From: Escherichia virus TH58
DNA length: 64,000 nt
Reading direction: 5' to 3' (one strand)
Sequence record: MT446423.1
Below are positions 38,518 to 48,438 of the stretch, in pieces (positions within the stretch are counted from its first letter, which is position 1; each line of letters begins with the position of its first letter). A program made the position numbers and the translations under genes. The notes under the pieces are model-generated. The model was given only the letters and a program-made list of their open reading frames with translations. It did not search any database and was not told the origin of the DNA.

Positions 38518-38806
38518 AATTTATGGCATCCCTGAAGAAGTAGGACGTTGTCCAGGATGTTATACTGTTACAAAACTTTTAAAGGAGCTCAATGCTCCTT
38601 ATACATTTTATAAAGTCCTCACTAATAATGGTAAGATTGAATATGACCGTCCTTTAATCGTATCTCTTGCTAAACGTGCAGGATTCACTTCACTTAATAT
38701 TCGTTATCCTGTCATATTTTTAAATGGTAAGAAACAAAAGAATATTGCAGAGTTTAAAAAGTCCTTGATTTCATTAGGATACGACTCTGATATCATAGAA
38801 GATTGA
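38498..38806 (+). CDS. Glutaredoxin-like protein (NrdH-like)
   Basis: GTG start after AAGGGG; CPGC redox motif near the N-terminus; 102 aa. Confidence 0.5.
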   Translation: MGQNLIEIYGIPEEVGRCPGCYTVTKLLKELNAPYTFYKVLTNNGKIEYDRPLIVSLAKRAGFTSLNIRYPVIFLNGKKQKNIAEFKKSLISLGYDSDIIED

Positions 38807-38830
38807 CCAGGTGCCGCCTGGTCTTCTTTA
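38807..38830 (+). terminator. Putative terminator hairpin
   Basis: CCAGGTGCCGCCTGG followed by T-rich TCTTCTTT. Confidence 0.4.
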
Positions 38831-38971
38831 TCCCATTTCTAATATAATCCATTGGAATCTTCATTTCACTATCTCCTTGTGCCCCTCTCAAATCAAAAAT
38901 ATTTTCATAAAACAGTTTACATCCTCAATAGATGTGTTAAGATTAAACCATCTACTATAGAGGAAAACAAA

Positions 38972-39154
38972 ATGACAATTGAAGATAAAGAAATTAAGGT
39001 CGACCAGTACTATTCTGTCAACGGTAATGCAGTACAGATAACCAGAGTTTCAAGCCTGGATGTTTGGTACCGTTCGATCAAACATCCAGAAATTGGTGAA
39101 ATGCTTTGTGACCGTAGTATCTTCTGTTCAATTGCGAAGGAAATTAAGCCATGA
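38972..39154 (+). CDS. Small hypothetical protein
   Basis: ATG 38972 after AGAGGAAA; upstream GTTTAC promoter at 38915. Confidence 0.45.
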   Translation: MTIEDKEIKVDQYYSVNGNAVQITRVSSLDVWYRSIKHPEIGEMLCDRSIFCSIAKEIKP

Positions 39155-39399
39155 CTAGTTTAGATTCAAAGAAAGTTGTTCTAACTCTTAATGTAAACAA
39201 CGAACGTCTGATATTCATTACCATTTCCGATTTGAACGTTGAAATTGCTAATGGCGTCCGTACTTATCAAACGTCTAAAACACAATGGGACTATATCCCA
39301 ATGTTGACGCTTACTCAGCGTTTAGAATCAATCGGTCTTAAAGACCTTTCAGTAAGTGAAGTGAATTTTATCAAACGCATTGTATCAATCAACCTCTGA
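39151..39399 (+). CDS. Hypothetical protein
   Basis: 82 aa; ATGA overlap. Confidence 0.5.
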   Translation: MTSLDSKKVVLTLNVNNERLIFITISDLNVEIANGVRTYQTSKTQWDYIPMLTLTQRLESIGLKDLSVSEVNFIKRIVSINL

Positions 39400-39406
39400 G
39401 GTACTT

Positions 39407-39700
39407 ATGGGTAAAACGTATCGTCGTAAAGATTTGAAAGTTCGTGATTACGACTATTTTGGTAAACGTAAAGCTCCTGACGGTGTTAGCCACAAAGACA
39501 TGGTTGAAAATATTTTCCGCTCAGATAAATGGAAACGTATGAAAGGTGTTGATTCTGAAGTCAAGAACGAAATGAATCGACAACTTCGCAAAGAAGTTCG
39601 TAAGTTGAAAAAAGATGTTTACAGTAAAGAAGAGTATGATTATAATACTTCTCATACTGAAGCCAAACGTAAAGCTAACGAATGTTATCGTTACAGTTGA
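39407..39700 (+). CDS. Small highly basic protein
   Basis: ATG 39407 after GAGG; K/R-rich. Confidence 0.5.
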   Translation: MGKTYRRKDLKVRDYDYFGKRKAPDGVSHKDMVENIFRSDKWKRMKGVDSEVKNEMNRQLRKEVRKLKKDVYSKEEYDYNTSHTEAKRKANECYRYS

Positions 39701-39707
39701 GGAAATT

Positions 39708-39842
39708 ATGAATATCAAACGAATGCTTTTTAAGCAGGGATTATATACTTTAAATGTTAATCCAAAGGGTGATACAACTAAATGGTCTGTAAATGACTGG
39801 ATTAAGTTCATCGATGAAAATGGGGCGTGGAACACAAAATGA
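39708..39842 (+). CDS. Small protein (44 aa)
   Basis: ATG 39708 after GAGGAAA. Confidence 0.35.
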   Translation: MNIKRMLFKQGLYTLNVNPKGDTTKWSVNDWIKFIDENGAWNTK

Positions 39843-40039
39843 ATCCTGAAAATATTGTGTCATGGCAACTTCGTGAAGAACGTGCCGAATTCTTTGCCAA
39901 TATGAAACTCAACGGCGTTGAGGACGAAGACTTCTTACGCTGGTTCTGGATTTACAAATACAAAGAATGCCAGCACGCTGTACTACTGACTTGTGCAGTT
40001 ATGTATGAAGGCTGGAAAGGCGCTAAAAAGTTCGGTTAA
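39839..40039 (+). CDS. Small hypothetical protein
   Basis: ATG 39839 overlapping upstream stop. Confidence 0.4.
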   Translation: MNPENIVSWQLREERAEFFANMKLNGVEDEDFLRWFWIYKYKECQHAVLLTCAVMYEGWKGAKKFG

Positions 40040-40102
40040 TAATGTACAACGATAGGAAGATAATAACATGTCTTCCTATCGTCTTAAAATGAGGAAAATA
40101 TC

Positions 40103-40342
40103 ATGACCCAAGAATTAGATTTTATCAAATTCAAAAAACACCTCGACGTTAAAATTGGGGATTCAAATGTTAGGATTGAGTATGACATTTTAACAGATGC
40201 TATTACTGTTAGTTGTGATGGAAATAGTTTCAGCTTCGATACAACCGAAAACAAATACCCAATCTATAAAGGCATCTTTGATATGGGTGTTGATATTACT
40301 CCACGTGATACAAATTACTTACTTTTCATGCTTAAAAAATAG
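40103..40342 (+). CDS. Hypothetical protein
   Basis: GAGGAAA RBS; upstream hairpin ATAGGAAGA...TCTTCCTAT. Confidence 0.5.
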   Translation: MTQELDFIKFKKHLDVKIGDSNVRIEYDILTDAITVSCDGNSFSFDTTENKYPIYKGIFDMGVDITPRDTNYLLFMLKK

Positions 40343-40343
40343 T

Positions 40344-40372
40344 ATAACAAACTCTTGAGAGCAGAGTATAAT
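40344..40372 (+). promoter_or_regulatory. Early promoter cassette, repeat of the 7995 cassette
   Basis: ACAAACTCTTGAGAGCAGAGTATAAT identical to 7998-8024. Confidence 0.5.
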
Positions 40373-40411
40373 TCTCTCTCATTGGATAATAAAATAACCG
40401 AGGAAAATAAT

Positions 40412-40744
40412 ATGTCTACTAAAATCAAAAACGTAGTTAATTCTTTCGCTTTCGATAAAGTTGTTGCTCTTCTGGAATCCGGCAATATTGTTACTCCTCA
40501 AGTTCTTGACGCGTGGGAATTCCGTCTTTATGAAAACATGCAAAAACACGATCAGAAAATTGGACGTAATTCTATTCGTGAAATTCTAGTACAATATATT
40601 CTTTCTGAATTTGACGTTGCTGCATTTGGTGTTGAATCTAAAGCTTATCAGAAACATGAAATCTCTGAAAAGACTATCCGTCGTATGAAAAATCAACGTA
40701 AGAAAAAATTCGTTGACCTGAAAATTGTTAAGGCGGTAAAATGA
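40412..40744 (+). CDS. Hypothetical protein
   Basis: ATG 40412 after GAGGAAAA; 110 aa. Confidence 0.5.
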   Translation: MSTKIKNVVNSFAFDKVVALLESGNIVTPQVLDAWEFRLYENMQKHDQKIGRNSIREILVQYILSEFDVAAFGVESKAYQKHEISEKTIRRMKNQRKKKFVDLKIVKAVK

Positions 40745-40968
40745 GCGTATTAACAGAAGCTTTGATTAATGACCTGCGTCTAGCTGGTTACGAAGTTGGT
40801 ACAAATAGCCTAGGTCTTCCTCAGATTGAAGGTCCTGGATTTATCCTAGAATATGAATTCAAACAATGGTGGTTATATGCTACGGTTGACGATGCGTTGA
40901 ATATTGATTTCGTTGACCAATTTGATTCGCTGGATGCTGCTCTTGAAGCAGCAAAGGAACTAGAATGA
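40741..40968 (+). CDS. Small acidic protein
   Basis: 75 aa; ATGA overlap. Confidence 0.5.
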   Translation: MSVLTEALINDLRLAGYEVGTNSLGLPQIEGPGFILEYEFKQWWLYATVDDALNIDFVDQFDSLDAALEAAKELE

Positions 40969-41059
40969 AACCATCTCGAATCACTATAACCGAATAAAAG
41001 TTTAGGTGAATTTTAAGTCGTCAACTTTATGAAAGTTACGTATCTTTGATAGTATCTCG

Positions 41060-41096
41060 TGCTTTAAGATAGGTCTCTAAATATTATGATATAATA
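41060..41096 (+). promoter_or_regulatory. Candidate MotA-dependent middle promoter upstream of gene 55
   Basis: MotA-box-like TGCTTTA at 41060-41066 followed by an AT-rich -10 region. Confidence 0.3.
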
Positions 41097-41124
41097 GACC
41101 TATGAATTGAGCTAAGAGGTACTT

Positions 41125-41682
41125 ATGACTGAACAAAAACCTAAAAATAATTATGTGAATAATAAAGAGCTTCTCGCCGCTATAATCGAGTGGAAAAAGG
41201 AGCTCTTAAATAATAAAGACCCAAACAAAATTATTCGTCAGAATGATACCATCGGTTTAGCAATTATGCTTATCGCCGAAGGCCTGTCCAAACGTTTCAA
41301 CTTTTCAGGATATACCCAGTCTTGGAAGCAGGAGATGATTGCAGATGGGATTGAAGCCTCTATTAAGGGACTTCATAATTTCGACGAAACTAAGTACAAT
41401 AACCCACATGCATACATAACTCGAGCTTGTTTTAATGCTTTTGTCCAACGTATCAAAAAAGAACGTAAGGAAGTTGCAAAGAAATATAGTTACTTCGTTC
41501 ATAATGTCTACGACAGTCATGACGATGATATGGTAGCGTTGGTAGATGAAACGTTTATTCAAGACATCTACGATAAAATGACGCATTATGAAGAATCCGC
41601 TTATAAAGCTCCTGGGGCTGAAAAGAAGGAAGTTGTTAGCGATTCGCCTAGTTTGGATTTTTTATATGAGGATGACAATTGA
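41125..41682 (+). CDS. 55: Late transcription sigma factor gp55
   Basis: 185 aa; [26 protein letters not shown]... matches T4 gp55 from memory. Confidence 0.85.
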   Translation: MTEQKPKNNYVNNKELLAAIIEWKKELLNNKDPNKIIRQNDTIGLAIMLIAEGLSKRFNFSGYTQSWKQEMIADGIEASIKGLHNFDETKYNNPHAYITRACFNAFVQRIKKERKEVAKKYSYFVHNVYDSHDDDMVALVDETFIQDIYDKMTHYEESAYKAPGAEKKEVVSDSPSLDFLYEDDN

Positions 41683-41881
41683 CATCTCTAACTACTTAGA
41701 AGAACCTTTTGACGAAGCAATCCCTTATTTGGTAAAACTGTTGGGTCGTGAATTTAAAATTAATTTTGACATCGACCCTTTGAACCCACATGACGTGTCA
41801 TTTTCGATAAATGGGACTCCAGTTGAGTATGAGTTCCGTATTGAAGAGGATGGACGTTTTTATTTTAATTTAATGAGATAA
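41666..41881 (+). CDS. Small hypothetical protein
   Basis: Overlaps the end of gene 55; start uncertain. Confidence 0.35.
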   Translation: MRMTIDISNYLEEPFDEAIPYLVKLLGREFKINFDIDPLNPHDVSFSINGTPVEYEFRIEEDGRFYFNLMR

Positions 41882-41882
41882 T

Positions 41883-42206
41883 ATGACTACCGAGATTATT
41901 GAAAATAAAGAAGCAGAAGATGCAGTAGCTAAAATGCTACAAGAAATCCAAAAGAAAAATGAAGCTGAAGCACGTAAAAAATCTGAAAAGATTCTTAAAA
42001 AGAATCGTTTTGAACTAAACCGTCTTTATGCTCATGCTCAAGAAGCAGCAATTCAAAACAACTTCGAAGCTTACGAATATGCTATTAAGAAATCTCGGGA
42101 TATTCTACGACAACCATATAATGACAAGTTAATTAAAATCCAGTGGATTACTACTCGTCAGGCTATTGAGGACATCATTAATGGCGCTAGTTCAAACAAA
42201 GTTTAA
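41883..42206 (+). CDS. Hypothetical coiled-coil protein
   Basis: 107 aa. Confidence 0.5.
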   Translation: MTTEIIENKEAEDAVAKMLQEIQKKNEAEARKKSEKILKKNRFELNRLYAHAQEAAIQNNFEAYEYAIKKSRDILRQPYNDKLIKIQWITTRQAIEDIINGASSNKV

Positions 42207-42387
42207 ACGTCTTAATCTGAACGCAGGATTCTCCCTTAAATTGGGAGGTCCTCTTTGTGTTAAAATCTCTGAAAAGGAATATCACGACGGTTCTATTACA
42301 GAAATTTGTCCGCCTATTGTAAAGGCAGACCCAAAACAACTCGTGTGGGTTGATTCATTTCAAGTTAAGAAATGGTGGAAACGATGA
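42181..42387 (+). CDS. Small hypothetical protein
   Basis: ATG 42181; 68 aa. Confidence 0.4.
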   Translation: MALVQTKFKRLNLNAGFSLKLGGPLCVKISEKEYHDGSITEICPPIVKADPKQLVWVDSFQVKKWWKR

Positions 42388-42426
42388 GAGAAATCGATTT
42401 AGGTATTTTCTGAGAGGTGATTATGC

Positions 42427-42600
42427 ATGACGAACGACCTGACCTCTGAAAATTTCGATAAAATCCGTAAAGGCAAAGCAGAAAGAATGAGACGTTTTAA
42501 AGAGTCTTATGATAAAGCTAAAGCCGAAGGAACTATTACATACAAGCCTATTCGATTTAAAAGTTCAAATGAGCCTCTGTATGGTGTACTATGTGGATAG
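42427..42600 (+). CDS. Small basic protein (57 aa)
   Basis: GAGAGGTGA RBS; followed directly by a strong terminator. Confidence 0.4.
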   Translation: MTNDLTSENFDKIRKGKAERMRRFKESYDKAKAEGTITYKPIRFKSSNEPLYGVLCG

Positions 42601-42627
42601 GAACTCTTCGGAGTTCCTTTTTTTTTG
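42600..42627 (+). terminator. Rho-independent terminator
   Basis: GGAACTCTTCGGAGTTCC hairpin plus T9. Confidence 0.75.
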
Positions 42628-42673
42628 CTTTATATTTGGGATGATAAAATGAACCAACTAATGAGGAAAACAT

Positions 42674-42817
42674 ATGATTATATTTTTAGGTGTGACTATA
42701 TTGATATTAGCCTTCTATCTATTCACTAGGGCGTGTTGGATAGGTTTCTTTAGTACCCCAGATGGATTAATTTCTATGGTTTTATTTTGCATTGCGATAA
42801 TGGCGTTAGACTTATGA
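42674..42817 (+). CDS. Small membrane peptide (47 aa) coupled to gene 47
   Basis: GAGGAAAA RBS; two hydrophobic segments; ATGA overlap with gene 47 start. Confidence 0.4.
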   Translation: MIIFLGVTILILAFYLFTRACWIGFFSTPDGLISMVLFCIAIMALDL

Positions 42818-43833
42818 AAATTTTGCACTTAGGCGACTTCCATATCGGAGTCAAACAAGACGACCCATGGGTTCAAGATATTCAACGTGATGGTATTCGT
42901 CAAGCAATTGAATACTCTAAGAAACATGGGATTAAAACTTGGATTCAGTACGGTGATTGGTTTGACGTCCGTAAAGCAATAACACATCGTACAATGGAAT
43001 TCAATCGTGAAATCGTTGATATGATTTCTAAAGCAGGCATTCACGTTCATGTCACGATAGGAAACCATGACATGGCGTTTAAGAATACAATAACACCTAA
43101 CACTGTTTCTGAATTGTTAACTCAATTTGAAAACTTTACTATTTACGAGCATCCAACTACTGTAGATTTTGACGGATGTCTGATTGATATCGTTCCATGG
43201 ATGTGTGAAGAAAATACAGGTGAAATCTTAGAGCACATCAAGACTTCTTCCGCAGCGTATTGTGTTGGGCACTGGGAACTGAATGGCTTTTATTTCTATA
43301 AAGGAATGAAGTCTCATGGGCTTGAACCTGATTTCTTAAAGACCTATAAACAAGTCTGGTCCGGCCACTTCCACACAATCTCTGAAGCTGCTAACGTCAA
43401 ATATATTGGGACACCATGGACCCTTACTGCAGGCGATGAGAACGACCCTCGAGGATTCTGGGTATTTGACACTGATGTTGAACGTATGGAATTTATTCCT
43501 AATGAAACAACATGGCATCGACGAATCACTTATCCGTTTAAAGGCAAAATCAATTATTCTGATTATACTAATCTAGCCATACGTGTTATAGTATCAGAAA
43601 TTGATTCAGAGTTGACTAAGTTTGAATCTGAACTTGAAAAAGTAGTTCACTCTCTTCGTATGGTTTCTAAAGTTGATAACAGTGTTGAATCTGATGATGA
43701 CCAGGAAATCGAGATTAAATCACTTCAAGATATCATTAAAGAATATATTGACGCGATTCCAGATATCTCAGATGAAGATAGAGAAGCGCTGGTCAAATAT
43801 TCCAACGAACTTTATATTGAGGCAACACAATGA
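42814..43833 (+). CDS. 47: Recombination endonuclease subunit gp47 (Mre11/SbcD-like)
   Basis: MKILHLGDFHIGV... phosphoesterase motifs; 339 aa as T4 gp47. Confidence 0.9.
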   Translation: MKILHLGDFHIGVKQDDPWVQDIQRDGIRQAIEYSKKHGIKTWIQYGDWFDVRKAITHRTMEFNREIVDMISKAGIHVHVTIGNHDMAFKNTITPNTVSELLTQFENFTIYEHPTTVDFDGCLIDIVPWMCEENTGEILEHIKTSSAAYCVGHWELNGFYFYKGMKSHGLEPDFLKTYKQVWSGHFHTISEAANVKYIGTPWTLTAGDENDPRGFWVFDTDVERMEFIPNETTWHRRITYPFKGKINYSDYTNLAIRVIVSEIDSELTKFESELEKVVHSLRMVSKVDNSVESDDDQEIEIKSLQDIIKEYIDAIPDISDEDREALVKYSNELYIEATQ

Positions 43834-44087
43834 CTTTAGATGAATTTAACAATGCTGGTCTCAGGCTTGAAGTCGAAATGGACGTTAAAGATGATGATGG
43901 ATTCGAGAACACTATCAAGTATTGGATTGAGCCGTTACGCGTTGAAGGCAATGAAGTTAAAGCAGTTCATGTCTGCACCGACTGGGCTATTGAATTTAGC
44001 TTTAATATAATGGACAACGATACTCCTGGCTCTATTCTTAAAATGGCTGAAGCATGTATTGAGGACGCGTATAATGACGAAGACTGA
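43830..44087 (+). CDS. Small acidic protein
   Basis: 85 aa; between genes 47 and 46. Confidence 0.5.
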   Translation: MTLDEFNNAGLRLEVEMDVKDDDGFENTIKYWIEPLRVEGNEVKAVHVCTDWAIEFSFNIMDNDTPGSILKMAEACIEDAYNDED

Positions 44088-44313
44088 TTATGAAATCCAT
44101 CGTCATGAATTTAGTATTGGTGACGGTTATATTGGTGTCGTTGAATGGACTGAGAATTACGAGGAATCAACTCCTCGTTTCTTTGGAACAATGTATGTTA
44201 CCTGTGAGTACGCACCGGGTGTTGTTATGTATGCAGAACTAGATGAATATTTTGCTGATAGAGATGTCATGTTAAAATATGTAGAGGACTTCATTCGAAG
44301 AGAATACATATGA
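44074..44313 (+). CDS. Small hypothetical protein
   Basis: ATG 44074; 79 aa. Confidence 0.45.
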   Translation: MTKTDYEIHRHEFSIGDGYIGVVEWTENYEESTPRFFGTMYVTCEYAPGVVMYAELDEYFADRDVMLKYVEDFIRREYI

Positions 44314-45998
44314 AATCATTTAAATTAAATCGTGTTCGTTATCAAAACATCATGTCGGTAGGTGGGAATCCTATTGATATCCAATTAGATAAAGTCCAAA
44401 AGACATTAATCACTGGTAAAAATGGCGGTGGTAAATCTACGATGTTAGAAGCCATTACTTTCGGACTTTTCGGTAAACCATTTCGTGATGTTAAGAAAGG
44501 GCAAATCATTAATAGCACGAACAAGAAAGAGCTCTTAGTTGAGCTTTGGATGGAATTCGATGGTAAAAAATACTTCATTAAACGTGGCCAAAAGCCCAAT
44601 ATTTTCGAAATCTCCGTTGACGGTGTTCGTCTTGATGAATCTGCCAGCAGTCGTGACTTCCAAGAAGAATTTGAACGTAGCATCGGAATGTCATACGCGT
44701 CTTTTAAACAAATCGTTGTGCTTGGGACGGCAGGGTATACCCCTTTCATGGCTCTTAGCACCCCTGCTCGCAGAAAACTGGTCGAAGACCTTTTAGAAGT
44801 CGGCACACTCGCTGAAATGGATAAAATCAATAAGTCTCTAGTTCGAGAACTTAATTCCCAGGGACAAGTTCTCGATGCCAAGAAAGATGGTGTTATCCAA
44901 CAAATTAAGATTTATAACGAGAATATCGAACGTCAAAAGAAATTATCTGGTGATAATGTAGCGCGTCTACAGAATATGTATGACGACCTAGCCAAAGAAG
45001 CTCGTTCATTAAAAGCAGAAATCGAAGAAGCTAATGAGCGACTACTTAATATCGTTCTTGATGAAGACCCTACTGAGGCATTCAACAAGATCGGACAAGA
45101 AGCATTCTTGATTAAATCTAAAATCGACTCATATAACAAAGTTATTAAGATGTATCATGATGGTGGCACATGTCCTACTTGTGCATCACAGTTGCACCAG
45201 GGTGATCCTATTGTCTCTAAGATTACCGATAAGCTTCACGAATGTAATCACTCATTCGAGCAACTTACATGTCACAGAGATAATCTGAGTGTCCTAGTGG
45301 ACGAATATAGAGCTAATGTTAAGACTAAACATGACCTTGCATCCGATATTCGTACCAAGAAACAAGCAATGATTGCCACTATTGATAAAGCTAAGAAAGT
45401 TAAAGCTGCAATAGAACAAGCCTCAGCTGAATTTATCGACCATGCCGATGAGATAGCTTTGCTTCAAAAAGAACTTGATAAAATCATTAAAACAAAATCT
45501 GATATCGTTCTTGAAAAATACCATCGTGGTATTATCACAGATATGTTAAAAGATTCTGGTATTAAAGGTGCTATCATTAAAAAATATGTGCCTCTGTTCA
45601 ACAAGCAGATTAACCATTATCTTAAAATCATGGAAGCTGATTATGTGTTTTCTATTGACGAAGAATTCAATGAATCTATAAAATCACGTGGTCGTGAAGA
45701 TTTTAGTTATGCTTCATTTAGTCAAGGTGAAAAGGCACGTATCGATATCGCATTGTTGTTTACATGGCGAGATATTGCTGAAAAGGTCTCTGGTGTTAGA
45801 ATCAATACATTAATTATGGACGAAGTCATGGATTCCGCTACTGATTCTGAAGGTATTAAAGCTATTTCAACAATTCTTAACTCTCTAACCGATGCAAACG
45901 TGTTTATAATTAGTCATAGAGACCATGACCCACAAGCTTATGGACAACATCTTCAAATGAGCAAAGTTGGACGATTTACAGTAATGACTGTTTCATAA
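44310..45998 (+). CDS. 46: Recombination endonuclease subunit gp46 (Rad50/SbcC-like ATPase)
   Basis: Walker A GKNGGGKST, zinc-hook CPTC, signature and Walker B (LIMDEV); 562 aa. Confidence 0.9.
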   Translation: MKSFKLNRVRYQNIMSVGGNPIDIQLDKVQKTLITGKNGGGKSTMLEAITFGLFGKPFRDVKKGQIINSTNKKELLVELWMEFDGKKYFIKRGQKPNIFEISVDGVRLDESASSRDFQEEFERSIGMSYASFKQIVVLGTAGYTPFMALSTPARRKLVEDLLEVGTLAEMDKINKSLVRELNSQGQVLDAKKDGVIQQIKIYNENIERQKKLSGDNVARLQNMYDDLAKEARSLKAEIEEANERLLNIVLDEDPTEAFNKIGQEAFLIKSKIDSYNKVIKMYHDGGTCPTCASQLHQGDPIVSKITDKLHECNHSFEQLTCHRDNLSVLVDEYRANVKTKHDLASDIRTKKQAMIATIDKAKKVKAAIEQASAEFIDHADEIALLQKELDKIIKTKSDIVLEKYHRGIITDMLKDSGIKGAIIKKYVPLFNKQINHYLKIMEADYVFSIDEEFNESIKSRGREDFSYASFSQGEKARIDIALLFTWRDIAEKVSGVRINTLIMDEVMDSATDSEGIKAISTILNSLTDANVFIISHRDHDPQAYGQHLQMSKVGRFTVMTVS

Positions 45999-46000
45999 AC

Positions 46001-46024
46001 GCTTTAACACGATGTGGTTATAAT
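46001..46024 (+). promoter_or_regulatory. Promoter with hairpin GTGGTTATAATGACCAC
   Basis: GCTTTA...TATAAT with inverted repeat flanking the -10. Confidence 0.45.
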
Positions 46025-46052
46025 GACCACATCAAATTAAATGGAGAACAAC

Positions 46053-46241
46053 ATGGAGTATTCAACCGGCCAACATCTTCTCGTTGTCCCTGAAATTAAA
46101 AAATATGTTTTGACCAATACTTTTTCAGGTGAAGAACATATTGTTACTGAACAAATGCTCAAATCTGCTTTTAAAGATGAGTATAATAAAATAATGTCTA
46201 ATCGCAATTCCGCATGGACAGTTACCGACTTCTACGAATAA
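46053..46241 (+). CDS. Small hypothetical protein
   Basis: ATG 46053 after GGAG; 62 aa. Confidence 0.45.
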   Translation: MEYSTGQHLLVVPEIKKYVLTNTFSGEEHIVTEQMLKSAFKDEYNKIMSNRNSAWTVTDFYE

Positions 46242-46253
46242 GAGAGAAATAAT

Positions 46254-46670
46254 ATGTTTACTACTGCTAAAGGTTTCACTGCTGCTGATCTGAAAGTTAC
46301 TTCTATCCGTACTGACGCTAACCCACATAACCATAATCGTGTTCGTAAAGCATGGGTCCTGCATTGTGATGACGCAAGTGCTAAAAAACTCCAATCTTTG
46401 CCACAAGAAACTCGTTTTATGATTTATGGTTTTATTGATAACGATGTATCTGATATGTGGATTCATCTGATGCGTAAGCACTATAAAGATTCTATTGAAG
46501 CCGGCGGAAAAATCGTTCTTGATAAAGATGGTTCTGAGCGTCTGGAAGATTTCTACTGTGTTGATGCAGACGAACAACTAATTGCAGCCGGCGAAATTGT
46601 TGCTTCTAAAATTCCAGAATATATTGAATCACTGCCTGAAGCTATTAAAAAGCAGATGGTTTCTGCTTAA
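46254..46670 (+). CDS. Hypothetical protein at the T4 rpbA position
   Basis: 138 aa immediately upstream of gene 45; assignment by position only. Confidence 0.45.
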   Translation: MFTTAKGFTAADLKVTSIRTDANPHNHNRVRKAWVLHCDDASAKKLQSLPQETRFMIYGFIDNDVSDMWIHLMRKHYKDSIEAGGKIVLDKDGSERLEDFYCVDADEQLIAAGEIVASKIPEYIESLPEAIKKQMVSA

Positions 46671-46712
46671 TAAATTTGTTATAAACTTTGAATTGTCTTG
46701 AAAGGAAATAAA

Positions 46713-47399
46713 ATGAAACTGTCTAAAGATACTATCGCTATTCTGAAAAACTTTGCCTCTATTAACTCCGGCATTCTGCTGAGTCAAGGTAAATTTATTA
46801 TGACTCGTGCAGTTAATGGCACCACTTATGCGGAAGCAAATATCTCTGATGAAATTGATTTTGACGTAGCACTTTATGATTTGAATAGCTTCTTAAGCAT
46901 TTTGAGTCTAGTGTCTGATGATGCTGAAATTTCAATGCACACCGATGGCAATATTAAAATTGCAGATACACGTTCCACGGTTTATTGGCCTGCCGCTGAC
47001 AAGAGCACCATTGTTTTTCCTAATAAGCCAATTCAATTCCCAGTGGCTTCTGTGATTACTGAAATTAAAGCTGAAGACCTTCAACAATTGCTTCGAGTTT
47101 CACGTGGACTTCAGATTGATACAATTGCTATTACAAATAAAGATGGCAAAATTGTTATCAATGGTTATAATAAAGTTGAAGATTCTGGACTAACTCGTCC
47201 TAAGTATTCTTTGACTCTTACCGATTATGATGGTTCTAACAATTTTAACTTCGTAATCAATATGGCTAATATGAAAATCCAGCCAGGTAACTATAAAGTA
47301 ATGTTGTGGGGAGCTGGTGATAAAGTTGCAGCCAAGTTTGAAAGCTCTCAAGTAAGTTATGTTATTGCGATGGAAGCTGATTCTACTCACGACTTCTAA
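46713..47399 (+). CDS. 45: Sliding clamp gp45
   Basis: ATG 46713 after AAAGGAAA; MKLSKDTIAILKNFASINSGILL...; 228 aa as T4 gp45. Confidence 0.9.
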   Translation: MKLSKDTIAILKNFASINSGILLSQGKFIMTRAVNGTTYAEANISDEIDFDVALYDLNSFLSILSLVSDDAEISMHTDGNIKIADTRSTVYWPAADKSTIVFPNKPIQFPVASVITEIKAEDLQQLLRVSRGLQIDTIAITNKDGKIVINGYNKVEDSGLTRPKYSLTLTDYDGSNNFNFVINMANMKIQPGNYKVMLWGAGDKVAAKFESSQVSYVIAMEADSTHDF

Positions 47400-47474
47400 G
47401 TCAAAGCTTTACGTTTAATGTAGTACTATTATGGAGGAGAAATCCTCCAGTTTAATGATAATGAGGAAAATTAC

Positions 47475-48437
47475 ATGATTACTATCAATTCCAAAGAACA
47501 CATTCTAGAACAGAAATATCGTCCTTCTTCCATTGACGAATGTATTCTGCCTGCGTATGACCATGAAACATTCAAGTCTTTAGTATCTAAAGGAAAACTT
47601 CCTCATATTATTTTACACTCTCCATCTCCTGGTACAGGTAAAACAACCGTAGCAAAAGCATTATGTAACGATATCAACGCCGAAATGATGTTCGTCAACG
47701 GTTCTGATTGTAAAATTGATTTTGTACGCGGCCCGTTAACCGCATTCGCTCGTTCAGTCTCAATGGAAGGCAAGCCGAAAGTTATCGTTATCGATGAATT
47801 TGACCGTAGTGGCCTTGCTGAATCACAACGGCACCTTCGTACATTCATGGAAGAATTCTCTAGTAACTGTTCTATTATTATTACTGCTAACAACATCGAT
47901 GGAATTATTGAACCATTACGTAGTCGTTGTCGAGTTATCGAATTCGGACGTCCAACCGAAGAAGATAAAATCTCGATGATGAAGAAGATGATTCATCGTA
48001 TGGTTGAAATCTGTAAGAACGAAAATATCGAAATCGCTGATATGAAAGTTGTTGCAGCTCTGGTTAAAAAGAACTTCCCGGACTTTCGTCGTACAATTGG
48101 TCAATTAGACCGGTACTCGTCTAAAGGTGTTCTTGATGCAGGTATTTTGTCGATTGTAACCAATGATCGTGGCACGGTAGATGATGTCATAGAAGCAATG
48201 AAAAATAAAGATATCAAACAGCTTCGTGCATTAGCTCCAAAATACGCCGCAGATTATTCATGGTTCATCGATAAATTAGTTTCAGAATGTTATGACAAAG
48301 TTGCACCTGGTAAAAGTATTATTTCACTTTACGAAATTGCAGGCGAAAACAATAAGTTTCATGGATTAGCAAGTAATATTGAATTACATGTTATGTATAT
48401 GCTTCTTCAACTAACCTGCGAACTGACTTGGAAATAA
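47475..48437 (+). CDS. 44: Clamp loader large subunit gp44
   Basis: Walker [14 protein letters not shown] box, SRC motif; 320 aa. Confidence 0.9.
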   Translation: MITINSKEHILEQKYRPSSIDECILPAYDHETFKSLVSKGKLPHIILHSPSPGTGKTTVAKALCNDINAEMMFVNGSDCKIDFVRGPLTAFARSVSMEGKPKVIVIDEFDRSGLAESQRHLRTFMEEFSSNCSIIITANNIDGIIEPLRSRCRVIEFGRPTEEDKISMMKKMIHRMVEICKNENIEIADMKVVAALVKKNFPDFRRTIGQLDRYSSKGVLDAGILSIVTNDRGTVDDVIEAMKNKDIKQLRALAPKYAADYSWFIDKLVSECYDKVAPGKSIISLYEIAGENNKFHGLASNIELHVMYMLLQLTCELTWK

Positions 48438-48438
48438 T

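Noticed and set aside
44342-44881. 179-aa minus-strand ORF inside gene 46, and similar minus-strand ORFs inside gene 43 (50335-50967) and near 46125-46577
   Set aside because: They lie entirely within well-supported conserved + strand genes and show no start-site signals; treated as antisense shadow ORFs.
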